Below are positions 1 through 9,898 of a DNA stretch of 64,000 nucleotides, piece after piece. The notes under the pieces are model-generated. The model saw nothing but the letters and a program-made list of their open reading frames with translations, ran no database searches and was not told where the DNA came from. The position numbers and the translations under genes are program-made. Numbering within the stretch: the first letter of the stretch is position 1; every line of letters starts with the position of its first letter. Source of the DNA: Candidatus Latescibacterota bacterium (GTDB lineage: Bacteria > Latescibacterota > UBA2968 > UBA8231); NCBI GenBank assembly GCA_965223905.1, contig CBDCXV010000001.1, positions 416,001-480,000 on the forward strand, written 5' to 3'.

Positions 1-848
1 CCGGGCTTCAGCCGGAACAGCGAGCCGGCCAGCGGTTGCCCGGCCAGGGCTTCCTCGTCCAGGCCCTCGCGCGCGCAGGTGACGTAGAGGTCTTCGAGGT
101 TGTCGCCGCCGAAGGCGCAGAAAGTCACGTTGCTGACCGGCAGCCTCAGCTCGCGAATCAGGGTGCCGGAAGCAGAATCGTAACAGCGCACCCCCGACCC
201 CTGGTACACGGCGATCCAGAGGTTGTCCTCGGCATCGATCGCCATGCCGTCGAAGCCGCCTGCGCGCTCGTTGACGACCACGACGCGCTCGTTGCCGATC
301 TCCCCGCTGTCGATGTCGTAGTCGTAGGCGCGCACGTTGTTGGCCGCGGTGTCGATGTAGAACATGGTGTCGCAAGCGCCGTTCCAGACGATGCCGTTCG
401 AAATCGTCACCGGCGAAATCTTTTTGGTGAGGGTGCGGTCCGTATCCAGGCAGTACAGGGCTCCGGCGTCGGGTGTGGCGTCGAAGGCCATGGTGCCTGC
501 CCACAGGCGTCCGGCCGGATCGCACTTGCCGTCGTTGAAGCGGTTGCCCGGGATATCCCGTTCCGGATCGACGATCGGCGCGATCTTCCCGGACTCGAGG
601 TCGAGGGTGGCGATACCGTTGTGGAGGGCGACCACGACGCCGGCGCCGGCATGGGGGACAACGGTCCCGACCGCCTGACAGGTCGGGATGGCGCGATTGG
701 AGCCGGTTTCGGGGTCGTAGAGATAGAGCTCGTGGTCGAGGATGCTCACCCACAGGAGCAGCTTGCGCTGCGGGTCCCAGAGAGCCCCCTCTCCGAGGCG
801 GGCGGGCTTCTCGACGACGGCTTCGAATTCAGCGTATTCGTTGGCCAT
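1..848 (-). CDS. SMP-30/gluconolactonase/LRE family protein, 3' end runs off the window
   Basis: Not in the ORF track because there is no stop in the window. Manual translation from ATG at 848 gives MANEYAEFEAVVEKPARLGEGALWD...NRFNDGKCDPAGRLWAGTM...ISNGIVW...GFDGMAIDAEDNLWIA...CAFGG, the typical SGL motifs. Confidence 0.92.
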   Translation of the reverse strand, partial: MANEYAEFEAVVEKPARLGEGALWDPQRKLLLWVSILDHELYLYDPETGSNRAIPTCQAVGTVVPHAGAGVVVALHNGIATLDLESGKIAPIVDPERDIPGNRFNDGKCDPAGRLWAGTMAFDATPDAGALYCLDTDRTLTKKISPVTISNGIVWNGACDTMFYIDTAANNVRAYDYDIDSGEIGNERVVVVNERAGGFDGMAIDAEDNLWIAVYQGSGVRCYDSASGTLIRELRLPVSNVTFCAFGGDNLEDLYVTCAREGLDEEALAGQPLAGSLFRLKP

Positions 849-1025
849 GAACAGTTTCCTTATTGGATGGGCGAAAGCAAAGAATACGGGGCGGCGGCCT
901 GGTTTGCCATCCTCTCGGAGGGGGACATACACTTCTGCGCGCGTTCGGAAACCGCGCCGGCCGCAAGGACCCGTGCACTTTCCGGGCAGAGCGCACTGCG
1001 CGTTGCTGGACGATCTGCACGCCGT

Positions 1026-1053
1026 TGGCCGGCGCCCCCTGGCCGGCGCCCCC
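1026..1053 (+). repeat. 14-bp perfect tandem duplication (tggccggcgccccc x2)
   Basis: Read directly from the sequence just upstream of the HAD start codon. Confidence 0.75.
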
Positions 1054-1060
1054 GCATCTC

Positions 1061-1678
1061 ATGAAAACCGATCTGCCACAGGCACCCCTGGCCGGCCGCA
1101 GCCACTGGGTGTTCGACATGGACGGCACCCTGACAGTGGCGGCCCACGACTTCGACGCCATCCGCAGCGAGCTCGGAGTGCAGCCGGGGAAGCCCCTCCT
1201 GGAGACGCTGGCAACCCTGCCGGCCGATGAAGCCGAAAGGGCCAACCGCCGGCTCGCCGAAATCGAGCTCGAAATCGCGGCGGACGCAGTCGCCCAGGAA
1301 GGGGTGGGCGAGCTTCTCGCCCACCTGCGCGATGGCGGGCGAAACATCGGCATCCTGACGCGAAATACCGCCCCGGCCGCCAGGGAGACGCTCGCCGCGG
1401 CCGGCCTGATGCGGTATTTCGACGACGGCGCCATCGTCGCGCGCGAAACCTGCGCACCGAAACCGAGCCCCGCCGGGGTGCACCACCTGCTGGGGCACTG
1501 GCGGGCCCCGGCCGCTGCCGCCGTCGTCGTCGGGGATTACCTGTACGATCTGCAGGCGGGACGGGCAGCGGAGGCAACGACCGTCCACCTCGACGTCACC
1601 GGACTGTTTCCCTGGCCGCAGTTCGCCGACTACGCCGTCAACCACCTCCGGCAGCTGCTCGTCTTGGCGGGCGGGTAA
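1061..1678 (+). CDS. HAD family hydrolase (phosphatase)
   Basis: Motifs FDMDGTL, LTRN, KPSP and VGDYLYD. Start moved from 863 to the ATG at 1061. Confidence 0.9.
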   Translation: MKTDLPQAPLAGRSHWVFDMDGTLTVAAHDFDAIRSELGVQPGKPLLETLATLPADEAERANRRLAEIELEIAADAVAQEGVGELLAHLRDGGRNIGILTRNTAPAARETLAAAGLMRYFDDGAIVARETCAPKPSPAGVHHLLGHWRAPAAAAVVVGDYLYDLQAGRAAEATTVHLDVTGLFPWPQFADYAVNHLRQLLVLAGG

Positions 1679-1701
1679 GTCGGGCAGCATACCGAGTTTC
1701 C

Positions 1702-2031
1702 GTGCCGTACGACGAATCCCTGGGACAACGAGTACGCGACCTGCTGGCAGCCCAAAAGGGATTGTCGGAGCGCAAGATGTTCGGCGGGCTCTGCTTCATG
1801 CTGAACGGCAACATGTGCTGCGGAGTGATTGCCGGCGACCTGATGTTGCGCGTCGGGCCGGACCGGTACGCCGAGTGTATCGAGCACCCGCACGCGCGGG
1901 AGATGGATTTCACCGGCAAAGCACTGAAGGGGTTCGTTTATGTCGGGCCCCAAGGCCAGGAATCGGACGCGGAGTTGGCCGGATGGGTGCAGTTGGCGGC
2001 CGATTTCGCGCTTGGTTTGCCGCCCAAGTAG
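1702..2031 (+). CDS. TfoX/Sxy N-terminal domain protein
   Basis: ERKMFGGLCFMLNGNMCCGV...LMLRVG and a C-terminal LPPK, typical of the family. Confidence 0.88.
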   Translation: MPYDESLGQRVRDLLAAQKGLSERKMFGGLCFMLNGNMCCGVIAGDLMLRVGPDRYAECIEHPHAREMDFTGKALKGFVYVGPQGQESDAELAGWVQLAADFALGLPPK

Positions 2032-2037
2032 GCGGGA

Positions 2038-3027
2038 TCAGCCCCAAAGCTCCGGGGCGGGCGGGTACAGCAGAGAGCCCTCGTAACGCAGCCCCGGGTT
2101 GCGGTCTCCTTGCAGCAGCAGCGGACCGTCGAGGTCTACGAAGTCGGCTTCCCGGGCGAGCAGGGCGGCCGGGGCCATCGCCAGGGAAGTCCCCACCATG
2201 CATCCGACCATCACCCCGAGGGAGGCCGCGCGGGCGGCGGCCACGACGGCCAGGGCTTCGGTCAGGCCGCCGGTCTTGTCGAGCTTGACGTTGACGAACT
2301 CGTAGCGGCCGGCGAGGCGCTCGAGGTCGGCGCTGGTGTGGCAGGACTCGTCGGCACACAACGGCACCGGGTGCACGAGCCGCTCCAGGACGGCGTCTCC
2401 GGCGGCCGGCAACGGCTGCTCGATGAGGGCGACATCGAGATCGGCCAGCCGACTGCCGCAGCCTTCCAGTTCCGCAGCGGACCACCCTTCGTTGGCGTCG
2501 ACGATGAGCTGCGATTGCGGGGCGTTCTCGCGGATGGCCGCGATGCGCTCCATATCGCCTTCTCCTCCGAGCTTGATTTTGAGCAGGGGGCGCTCCTTCT
2601 GGGCCGCCGCCGCCCGTCCCATCGCCTCGGGGGTGTCGAGGCTCAGGGTGTAGGCGGTGGCCACCGGGACCGGCGGCGGCAGACCGGCGAGCTCGTACAC
2701 GCGCCGGCCTGCCCGGCGGGCCTCAAGGTCCCAGAAGGCGCAGTCAAGGGCATTGCGCGCCGCCCCTGCGGGCAGGGCGCGCTGCAGTTCGGCGCGGCCC
2801 ACGCCGCCGGAGGTCAGCTCGCCGCGAAGCGCCTCGACCGCGGCGGCCACCCCCTCGAGCGACTCGCCGTAGCGGGCGTAAGGGACGCATTCCCCGCGGC
2901 CTGTGGCGGCTCCATCGGCCAGCTCGACAACCACGACATCGGCAGAGGTCTTGGCCCCCCGGGAGATCTCGAAGCTGCCGGTGATCGGCCAGCTCTCGGT
3001 GCGGACGCGCAGTTCGAGGGATGCCAC
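2038..3027 (-). CDS. dgcA: N-acetyl-D-glutamate racemase DgcA / L-Ala-D/L-Glu epimerase (enolase superfamily)
   Basis: FEISRG, GECVPYARYGE, KIKLG, VDANEGW, EQP, ADES, KLDKTGG, GCM and DLDG motifs. Lies directly downstream of a DUF1611 gene. Confidence 0.85.
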   Translation of the reverse strand: MASLELRVRTESWPITGSFEISRGAKTSADVVVVELADGAATGRGECVPYARYGESLEGVAAAVEALRGELTSGGVGRAELQRALPAGAARNALDCAFWDLEARRAGRRVYELAGLPPPVPVATAYTLSLDTPEAMGRAAAAQKERPLLKIKLGGEGDMERIAAIRENAPQSQLIVDANEGWSAAELEGCGSRLADLDVALIEQPLPAAGDAVLERLVHPVPLCADESCHTSADLERLAGRYEFVNVKLDKTGGLTEALAVVAAARAASLGVMVGCMVGTSLAMAPAALLAREADFVDLDGPLLLQGDRNPGLRYEGSLLYPPAPELWG

Positions 3028-3036
3028 GCGGGGCAG

Positions 3037-4038
3037 CTATTGAAGGGCGTCGACCAGCCGGCCCGCGCCGTGGCGGCAGGCGTCGACGGCCGGCAGTCCG
3101 GTTTCCTCTTCGAGAGCTGCCAACAGCGACTCGGCCTCGCCGTCCTCCAGCTTCGACGTGTTGATGGAAATGCCGGCTACGCGGCAGTCCGGGTTGGTGA
3201 GGCGGGCGGTGCGTTCGTTGAGGTCGATGCAGGCCGCCAGGGAGGGGAGGGGGTAGCCGGGCAGGCCGCGCATGTGCTCGCGGCCCGGGTCGTGGCAGAG
3301 CACCAGCCGGTCCGGCTGCGAGCCGTGGATGAGCCCGAGGGTGACGCCGGCGTACGAAGCGTGAAACAGCGACCCCTGCCCTTCGACGAGGTCCCAGTGG
3401 TCCGGGTCGGCGTCGGGGCTCAGCTGTTCCGCGGCCCCGGAGATGAAGTCGGCGATCACCGCGTCCACCGAGATGCCGCTGCCGGCGATGAAGATCCCCG
3501 TCTGCCCGGTGGCGCGGAAGTCGGCGGAGATGCCGCGCGCCCGCATCTCCTTCTCGATCGCCAAAGCGGTGAACATCTTGCCGCAGGAGACGTCGGTGCC
3601 GACCGTGAGCAGCCGCTTGCCGGTGCGCCGGACGCCGTTGCCTACCGGGGGATCGATCTCGGGATAGCGCACGTCGACGAGGTCGAGGCCCGCGGCTGCG
3701 GCCGTTTCGGCGAGCGCGGGGATTTCCCCGAGCCTGGTGTGGAGACCGCTGGCGATGTCGTATCCCAGGTCGAGGGCCGCGGACAGCGTGGCAATCCACT
3801 CGTCGGAGATGACGCCGCCGCGATTGGCGACTCCGACGATCAGGGTGCGGGCCCCGGCGGCGCGTCCTTCTTCCAGGGTGAGGTCCGGCAGGCCGAGGTC
3901 GGCGCGGCAGCCGTCGAGGCGCAGCTGGCCGACGCACCAGCCGGGCCGCCAGTAGGCTATGCCCCCGGCGGTCTTGGCGGCCAGCTGGTCGGCGGCGTCT
4001 CCGAGAAACAGCAGGTAGGGTTTTTTGAGGGGCTGCAC
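3037..4038 (-). CDS. dgcN: D-glutamate N-acetyltransferase DgcN (DUF1611 family)
   Basis: KPYLLFLGD, AAKTAGG, VGTDVSCGKMFT P-loop, ATGQTG and VEGQGSL. Paired with dgcA. Confidence 0.88.
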   Translation of the reverse strand: MQPLKKPYLLFLGDAADQLAAKTAGGIAYWRPGWCVGQLRLDGCRADLGLPDLTLEEGRAAGARTLIVGVANRGGVISDEWIATLSAALDLGYDIASGLHTRLGEIPALAETAAAAGLDLVDVRYPEIDPPVGNGVRRTGKRLLTVGTDVSCGKMFTALAIEKEMRARGISADFRATGQTGIFIAGSGISVDAVIADFISGAAEQLSPDADPDHWDLVEGQGSLFHASYAGVTLGLIHGSQPDRLVLCHDPGREHMRGLPGYPLPSLAACIDLNERTARLTNPDCRVAGISINTSKLEDGEAESLLAALEEETGLPAVDACRHGAGRLVDALQ

Positions 4039-4191
4039 CGGTCGGACAGGGGAGTTTGGTGGGGCGGAAATCGAGGCACCAACCTACCAGCGACGCCCCC
4101 CGCGGTCAAGGCGCCGGAGAGCGGAAGCACAAGCGCTGGAAGGGGATGCGTCATCCGCGTGCGGAACCGGCCCGCTGCCGTACTGTATATT

Positions 4192-4238
4192 CCCCGGCGC
4201 GGAGTCCGGCTCGAGATAGAGCAGACTCCTCGCCGGGG
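4192..4238 (+). promoter_or_regulatory. Long imperfect hairpin in the likely 5' leader of the zinc-finger gene
   Basis: CCCCGGCG/CGCCGGGG, GGAGTC/GACTCC and GCTC/GAGC pair in nested order. A TATATT -10-like hexamer lies just before it. Confidence 0.45.
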
Positions 4239-4273
4239 CTCTGGCGGCCAACTGAAGGGAAAGCGGACGACTC

Positions 4274-4693
4274 GTGGAAACCCTGGTCATATGTCCCGAA
4301 TGCGGCAAAAGGGTCTCCCTGCGGGGACTGAACGGGCATCTGCGCTTCGAGCACGACTACGGCCTTCAGAAAGCCAGGAAGATGGCCGCGGCAATCGACG
4401 TCGACGCCACGCTGAATCGCCTCGAGCAGGAGGTGATGCAGCACGTCGCTCTCCTGTACCAGCTAAAAAAGAAGGCAGAGGAGCTGAAGGAGGCGTACCG
4501 GGAAGGGGTCATCGGAGAGGCCCTGTACGAGCGCATGATCACCCAGAAGGGCCAGGAGCTCACCGCCGCGAGCCGGTACCTGCAGCGGCTGGAGAGCAGT
4601 TGGCTGGAGCGCATGGGGGAGCGCACCGGTATTTCCGACCTTGGCGAGAGCATGGGAATCGAGGGTCCGGCCGACGCTTCGGGATCCGGTTGA
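4274..4693 (+). CDS. Hypothetical protein with an N-terminal C2H2-like zinc finger and a coiled coil
   Basis: CPECGKRVSLRGLNGHLRFEH (C-x2-C-x11-H-x4-H) followed by a heptad-rich helical region. Confidence 0.75.
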   Translation: METLVICPECGKRVSLRGLNGHLRFEHDYGLQKARKMAAAIDVDATLNRLEQEVMQHVALLYQLKKKAEELKEAYREGVIGEALYERMITQKGQELTAASRYLQRLESSWLERMGERTGISDLGESMGIEGPADASGSG

Positions 4694-4946
4694 TCGACTG
4701 ATAGTTTTTCTGGATTCGGACGGCACGACCTTGCTTGAACAAGACCAAACCAATGTGACGCAGACCGACCCGGGGAAGACACCTCGGTCGAGTCGGTCAC
4801 CCGGGGCCGAATCAAGCCCTCCCTGGAGATGGAGCAGGCGGCGTACCGGCCACCCCATCGCAGCCTTCGACCCGGCCGATCCCGCCCCTGAAAATCAGCC
4901 CCAGCCTTCCACAGCCTTGCACCTGCCTCTGCTAACCATCTGATCC

Positions 4947-7130
4947 ATGCCTGGATCGCTTTCAAAGCCGATGGTTCTCCTGGTAACCGCCCTGGCCGCG
5001 TGGACATCCGCCTGCAGCCAGGATCTCCCTCCGCAGGAGCCGGCCGGATCGGCAGAGATCCTGTGGGACACCTGGGGTGTGCCGCACATCTTCGCCCCCG
5101 GCGCCGAGCAGCTGTTCCACGCCTTCGGCTGGGCGCAGACGGCCAGCCACGGCGACCTGCTGCTGGAGCTGTACGGCCAGGCCCGGGGCCGGGCCGCCGA
5201 GTACTGGGGAACCGGCTATCTCCGGGGCGACCAGTACGTGCGGACCATGGGGGTCCCGCAGCGCGCCCGCGCCTGGCACCGGGCCCAGACTCCCCTCATG
5301 CGCGCCTGCCTCGAGGCCTTCGCCGCCGGAATCAACGCCTATGCCCGCGCCCACCCGGAGCGGCTGGATCCCGTGCGGCAGGTGGTGCTGCCGGTCGAGC
5401 CTGAGGATGTGCTGGCCCACCTGCAGCGCGTCGTCCACCTCTCCTTTGTCGCCGGCGGTCAGTCCCGGGCGGCTGGTCTCTGGCAGCATGCCGGATCGAA
5501 CGCCTGGGCCGTGGCCCCGTCCCGGTCGGCGAGCGGCAATGCCCTGCTGCTGGCCAACCCCCACCTGCCCTGGGGCGGCATTACGACTTGGTTCGAGGTG
5601 CAGCTGCAGGGGCCGGGCGTGGACGCCTACGGGGCGACGCTGGTCGGCTTCCCCATCCTGGGGATCGCCTTCAACGACCACCTCGGCTGGACCCACACCA
5701 ACAACCCCATGGACGGGGCCGACCTGTACGAGCTGGAGCTGGTGGAGGGCGGTTACCGCTGGGACGGCGGGGTGAGGGCTTTCGAGCAGAGCATCGACAC
5801 CCTGCGTGTGCGGCAGGAGGACGGGACGCTCAGGGCCGAGTCGCTGCCTGTATTGCGGTCGGTTCACGGGCCGGTGCTGGCCCGCAAGCGGGACCGGGCG
5901 GTGGCCCTGTGTCTCGTCGGCCTCGACCTGCCCCATGTCATGGAGCAGTACTGGGACATGATTCGGGCGGCATCGCTGGCGGAGTTCGAGGAGGCGCTCG
6001 CGCGCTTGCAGATGCCCTTCTTCAACGTGATCTACGCCGACCGGGAGGGCCATATCCTCTACCTGTTCGGGGGGCGCACGCCGAAGCGGCCCCAGGGTGA
6101 TCGGGAGTTCTGGCATGGGGTGGTGCCCGGGAACACCTCGGCGACCCTGTGGACCGAATCGCACTCCTACCGGGAGCTGCCGCGGCTGCTCGACCCGCCC
6201 GCCGGCTGGGTGCAGAACTGCAACGACCCGCCTTGGACGGCGACGCTGCCCCTGCTTCTGGATGCGGGGCAATTTCCCTCCTACATGGCGCCGCCCCCGC
6301 ACCTGGATTTCCGCCAGCAGCGCTCGCTGCGCATGCTGAGCGAGGATGCGTCGATCAGCTTCGAGGAGCTGGTCTCGTACAAGCACTCGACCCGACGGGA
6401 AATGGCCGACCATGTGCTCGAAGATCTGCTCGCCGCGGTGGAGGCACACGGCGGCGAGAAGACGCGTGGGGCCGCGGCGGTGCTGGCGGCCTGGGACCGG
6501 AAGGTGGCCGCGGAAAGCCGCGGGGCGGTGCTGTTCGACCAGTGGGTCGCCGAGGCGGGTCCGTCCCTGTTCCTCACGCCCTGGCAGGTCGAGGACCCGC
6601 TGGGCACTCCCTCCGGTCTCGCCGATCCTCCGGGCGCCGTTGCGGCCCTGGAGAGGGCGGCCGGCAAGGTGCTGGAGGCGCACGGTGCGCTCGATATCGC
6701 CTGGGGCGAGGTCCACCGCCTGCGTTCGGCAGGAAGGGACCTGGCGGCCAGCGGCGGGCCTGTTTTCCGCAGGCTGTGGTTCGCTCCGGGCGCCGACGGC
6801 CGCATGGAGGCGCGCGGTGGGGATTCGTACGTCGCAGTCGTGGAATTCGGCGACCCGGTTCGGGCCCGGGCGCTCCTGGGGTACGGCAACGCCAGCCAGC
6901 CTCATTCCCCACACCGGGGCGATCAGTTCGAGCTGATGGCGCGGCAGGAGCTGCGGCCGGTGTGGCGCACCCGGGAGGAAGTGGAGGCGCACCTGTGGAG
7001 CGGCGGGAGATGGTGGAGTGGGATGGGGAAAGTGAACGCGGTGAGAGCTCCCCCGCCGTTGCCCGCGACAGGTAAATTCCGCTTTTTGAAACGGTTCGCG
7101 AGGAACGGAACCGGCCCCCTTCCCCCATGA
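4947..7130 (+). CDS. Penicillin acylase family Ntn-hydrolase (AHL/aculeacin acylase-like), probable lipoprotein; C-terminus possibly frameshifted near 6996
   Basis: WDTWGVPHI, the catalytic GSNAWA, LLANPHL and GGDSYVAVVEF, plus a lipobox-like WTSAC. The alternate frame after ...EAHL reads ERREMVEW and stops at 7075. Confidence 0.92.
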   Translation: MPGSLSKPMVLLVTALAAWTSACSQDLPPQEPAGSAEILWDTWGVPHIFAPGAEQLFHAFGWAQTASHGDLLLELYGQARGRAAEYWGTGYLRGDQYVRTMGVPQRARAWHRAQTPLMRACLEAFAAGINAYARAHPERLDPVRQVVLPVEPEDVLAHLQRVVHLSFVAGGQSRAAGLWQHAGSNAWAVAPSRSASGNALLLANPHLPWGGITTWFEVQLQGPGVDAYGATLVGFPILGIAFNDHLGWTHTNNPMDGADLYELELVEGGYRWDGGVRAFEQSIDTLRVRQEDGTLRAESLPVLRSVHGPVLARKRDRAVALCLVGLDLPHVMEQYWDMIRAASLAEFEEALARLQMPFFNVIYADREGHILYLFGGRTPKRPQGDREFWHGVVPGNTSATLWTESHSYRELPRLLDPPAGWVQNCNDPPWTATLPLLLDAGQFPSYMAPPPHLDFRQQRSLRMLSEDASISFEELVSYKHSTRREMADHVLEDLLAAVEAHGGEKTRGAAAVLAAWDRKVAAESRGAVLFDQWVAEAGPSLFLTPWQVEDPLGTPSGLADPPGAVAALERAAGKVLEAHGALDIAWGEVHRLRSAGRDLAASGGPVFRRLWFAPGADGRMEARGGDSYVAVVEFGDPVRARALLGYGNASQPHSPHRGDQFELMARQELRPVWRTREEVEAHLWSGGRWWSGMGKVNAVRAPPPLPATGKFRFLKRFARNGTGPLPP

Positions 7131-7690
7131 TCGCCAAGACCCGCAAAGCACCCCGGAAAAAGAACGCCACGCCGATCGAGATCGGCGCCCTGCTGATGGA
7201 GACCGTGTGTGTTTCGGGGGTCTCCGAGCAGCCGGCCCTCGAGGAGCTGGCCGAGTACCTCGGCACGCCGCTGGGGCGGATGCAGTCCGAGTTGCTGTTT
7301 CTGCGCGCCTTTGCCGTCGATTTCGCCCTCAACATGTCGCTTGGTGACGGTCCGGCGCGCTGGGCGATAGCCGAGCAGTACTACCGGCACTGGGAGACCG
7401 TGGCGGAGGGCGCCGGGGAGGATACGATGGACGGCCTGGAAGAGCATCTCAATTTCTACACTGAAGTGATCAACACCTCCCACTTCGGGGCCGCCGGCTT
7501 GACGGAGCAGGTCGGCATGGCCTTCGCCTCGCGCTGCCTGTCCGCCGACGCGGCCGGGGGGGAGGACGGAGACTCCCAATCCGGAAACACCGTCGACCTG
7601 GCGATGCTCGGCGGCTCGATGTTCGTCGCCCTGTTCGACGAGGTCTCCGACATGCTCACCCAGATCGAAATCGTTCTTATCGATCCATGA
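7127..7690 (+). CDS. Hypothetical protein
   Basis: Protein-like acidic helical ORF with host-like codon usage. No motif recognised. Confidence 0.7.
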   Translation: MIAKTRKAPRKKNATPIEIGALLMETVCVSGVSEQPALEELAEYLGTPLGRMQSELLFLRAFAVDFALNMSLGDGPARWAIAEQYYRHWETVAEGAGEDTMDGLEEHLNFYTEVINTSHFGAAGLTEQVGMAFASRCLSADAAGGEDGDSQSGNTVDLAMLGGSMFVALFDEVSDMLTQIEIVLIDP

Positions 7691-7709
7691 GAAAGGAGGA
7701 TGGGCAGTC

Positions 7710-9011
7710 ATGACTGTCGCCGCCGCTTGTTCCGCGGTCGAGACAACGCTTGGCCTGGTCGAGCAGGTCTTCGGCGGGCTCGACCAGCGCAGCATCGCCA
7801 TCCGGCTCTGGGACGGCACCACCTGGGATCCGGCCCCGGGCACGGAAGCGAAATGCACCGTCGTGCTGCAGCACCCGGGAGCCCTGCGCCGGATGCTCCT
7901 CACTCTGACCGAGCTCAATCTTGCGGAGTGCTACCTCTACGACGACTACGATATCGAGGGAGACATCGAAGCCCTCATGCCGGTCGGCGAACAGCTGGTC
8001 GCTCAGCCCCGCAGCTTCTGGGACAAGCTTCGAATCGGGCGCCAACTGCTCAGTCTGCCATCCGGCCGCGGGCGCTGGCAGAACGGCTTCGGGAGGGCAC
8101 GGCTGTCCGGCTCGGAGCATTCCGTCGACCGCGACAGCGCCGCGGTCACTCACCACTACAACGTTTCCAACGCCTTCTATTCCCTCTGGCTCGACCGCAA
8201 CATGGTCTACTCCTGTGCCCTGTTCGGCTCAGAGGAGGAGTCGCTGGACGCCGCCCAGGAACGCAAGCTCGACTACATCTGCCGCAAGCTGCGGCTGCGG
8301 CCGGGAGAGCGCTTTCTCGACATCGGCTGCGGCTGGGGGGGCCTGATCATCCACGCCGCACGCGAGTACGGGGTCGAGGCCCTCGGCATCACTCTCAGCC
8401 AGCCGCAGGCCGATGTCGCCAACGAGCGCATCCGCGAGGCGGGACTGCAGGACCGCTGTCGCGCCGAGGTGGTCGATTACCGGCAGTTCGGCGAGTCGGA
8501 GTTCGACAAGCTCGCCAGCATCGGCATGGTCGAGCACGTGGGGGAAGAACGGCTGCACGAGTACTTCGGCGCCGCCTTCGGGCTGCTGAAGCCGGGCGGG
8601 GTGTTCCTCAACCACGGGATCGGCGAGCTGCCGGGCCGCCCGCGCAGCCGCAAGCCCGGGTTCGTGCGAACCTACGTCTTCCCCGACAGCGCCCTGCCCT
8701 CGATCGCGTCGGTCGTCAAAGCCGCGGAGGACAACCGTTTCGAGCCGCGCGACGTCGAGAGCCTGCGCGAGCATTACGCCATGACCCTGAGGCACTGGGT
8801 GCGGCGCCTCGAGGCGCGGCAGGAGGAGGCGAAGAAGGAGGTGGGAGAGACGACCTACCGGGTGTGGCGGCTCTACATGGGGGGCTGTGCCCACTGGTTC
8901 GCCGCCGCCTACGCCGGGGTGTATCAGACCTTGCTGGTCAAGCGCCGCGAGGGCTGCAGCGGCTTTCCCCTGCTGCGCAACGACTGGTACGAACCGAGAT
9001 CCGATTCATAG
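7710..9011 (+). CDS. cfa: Cyclopropane-fatty-acyl-phospholipid synthase family SAM methyltransferase
   Basis: HHYNVSNAFYSLWLD, MVYSCA, LDIGCGWGG, SIGMVEHVG, YVFP and HYAMTLRHW. Confidence 0.92.
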   Translation: MTVAAACSAVETTLGLVEQVFGGLDQRSIAIRLWDGTTWDPAPGTEAKCTVVLQHPGALRRMLLTLTELNLAECYLYDDYDIEGDIEALMPVGEQLVAQPRSFWDKLRIGRQLLSLPSGRGRWQNGFGRARLSGSEHSVDRDSAAVTHHYNVSNAFYSLWLDRNMVYSCALFGSEEESLDAAQERKLDYICRKLRLRPGERFLDIGCGWGGLIIHAAREYGVEALGITLSQPQADVANERIREAGLQDRCRAEVVDYRQFGESEFDKLASIGMVEHVGEERLHEYFGAAFGLLKPGGVFLNHGIGELPGRPRSRKPGFVRTYVFPDSALPSIASVVKAAEDNRFEPRDVESLREHYAMTLRHWVRRLEARQEEAKKEVGETTYRVWRLYMGGCAHWFAAAYAGVYQTLLVKRREGCSGFPLLRNDWYEPRSDS

Positions 9012-9093
9012 CGCTCGGGCAACTATTTAGAGGATCTCCGGATGAAGCAAATCCCAAGGCAGCATCCGTTGATCTTCGATTAAAGGAGATACA

Positions 9094-9898
9094 ATGGCAG
9101 AATTCCTCACTACAACAGGCGTCTCGGAGCGGCTTGAGAATATCATTACGGGCGCCACGGAGCAGCTTGTGCTCATCAGCCCGTACCTCAAAATCAATGA
9201 CCGTATCAAAGGTTTCCTTGGGGATAAGGACCGCGAGTTCCTCGAGGATAAGGAGGGCCACATCGATTCGCATAAAAAACTTTATTTTCGACAGCGAAAA
9301 AGACCAGAAAAAAATCTATATGATCTACGGAAAGAAGCTCGATCAGCAGGAAGTAAGCAACTGGCTCACGTCGGCTTCTTCCATAACGATTCGTTTTCGA
9401 AAAAACCTCCACGCCAAATGCTATCTGAACGAAAACGAGGCGCTGTTGACCTCAATGAACCTTCATGAGTTCTCCCAGCAAAATAACGATGAAATGGGGA
9501 TTCTCGTTTCTCGAAAGAGAGACCGGGAACTTTACGACAAAATCCATGAGGATGCGATGCGAATCGTGACAGGGAGCGAAGAGATTGTTCTTGTTACGGG
9601 TGCGGGGGACAAGGATCCCGAAGACGGCAGGGAGCGTTTAGAGAAGAGAGATCAACGAGAGACTCCCGGTACTCCGAGTGAAGGTTTCTGTATCCGGTGC
9701 GGAGGTGGCCTACCCGCCTCGCCATTAAGACCGTACTGTAAGCGCTGCTATACGGATTGGAAGGAGTTTGAAAACTCGGAATATGAGGAAAATTATTGCC
9801 ACACGTGTGGCAATGGGTGCGAGACGACTCTATTGAAGCCCCTTTGTTTCGCCTGCTATAAGAAGTACAAGGACGTCTTTGAATTCGCAGCCGATTAG
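9094..9898 (+). CDS. Phospholipase D-like (Nuc-type) domain protein with C-terminal Cys-rich Zn ribbons; frameshifted at about 9274-9314
   Basis: The N-part MAEFLTT...LISPYLK is in one frame. IYGK...LHAKCYLNENEALLTSMNL...NDEMG and CIRC/CKRC/CHTC/CFAC are in the +1 frame. A6 and A7 runs sit at the junction. Confidence 0.8.

Noticed and set aside
36-1064. 342-aa + strand ORF, and many other long overlapping ORFs such as 2110-4701, 12791-15031 and 53750-56179
   Set aside because: These are antisense or off-frame shadows of real genes, expected at high GC. They are Arg/Gly/Pro-rich and carry no motifs.
4181-4190. LexA box (TACTGTATAT)
   Set aside because: Only a half site; the matching CAG half is absent.
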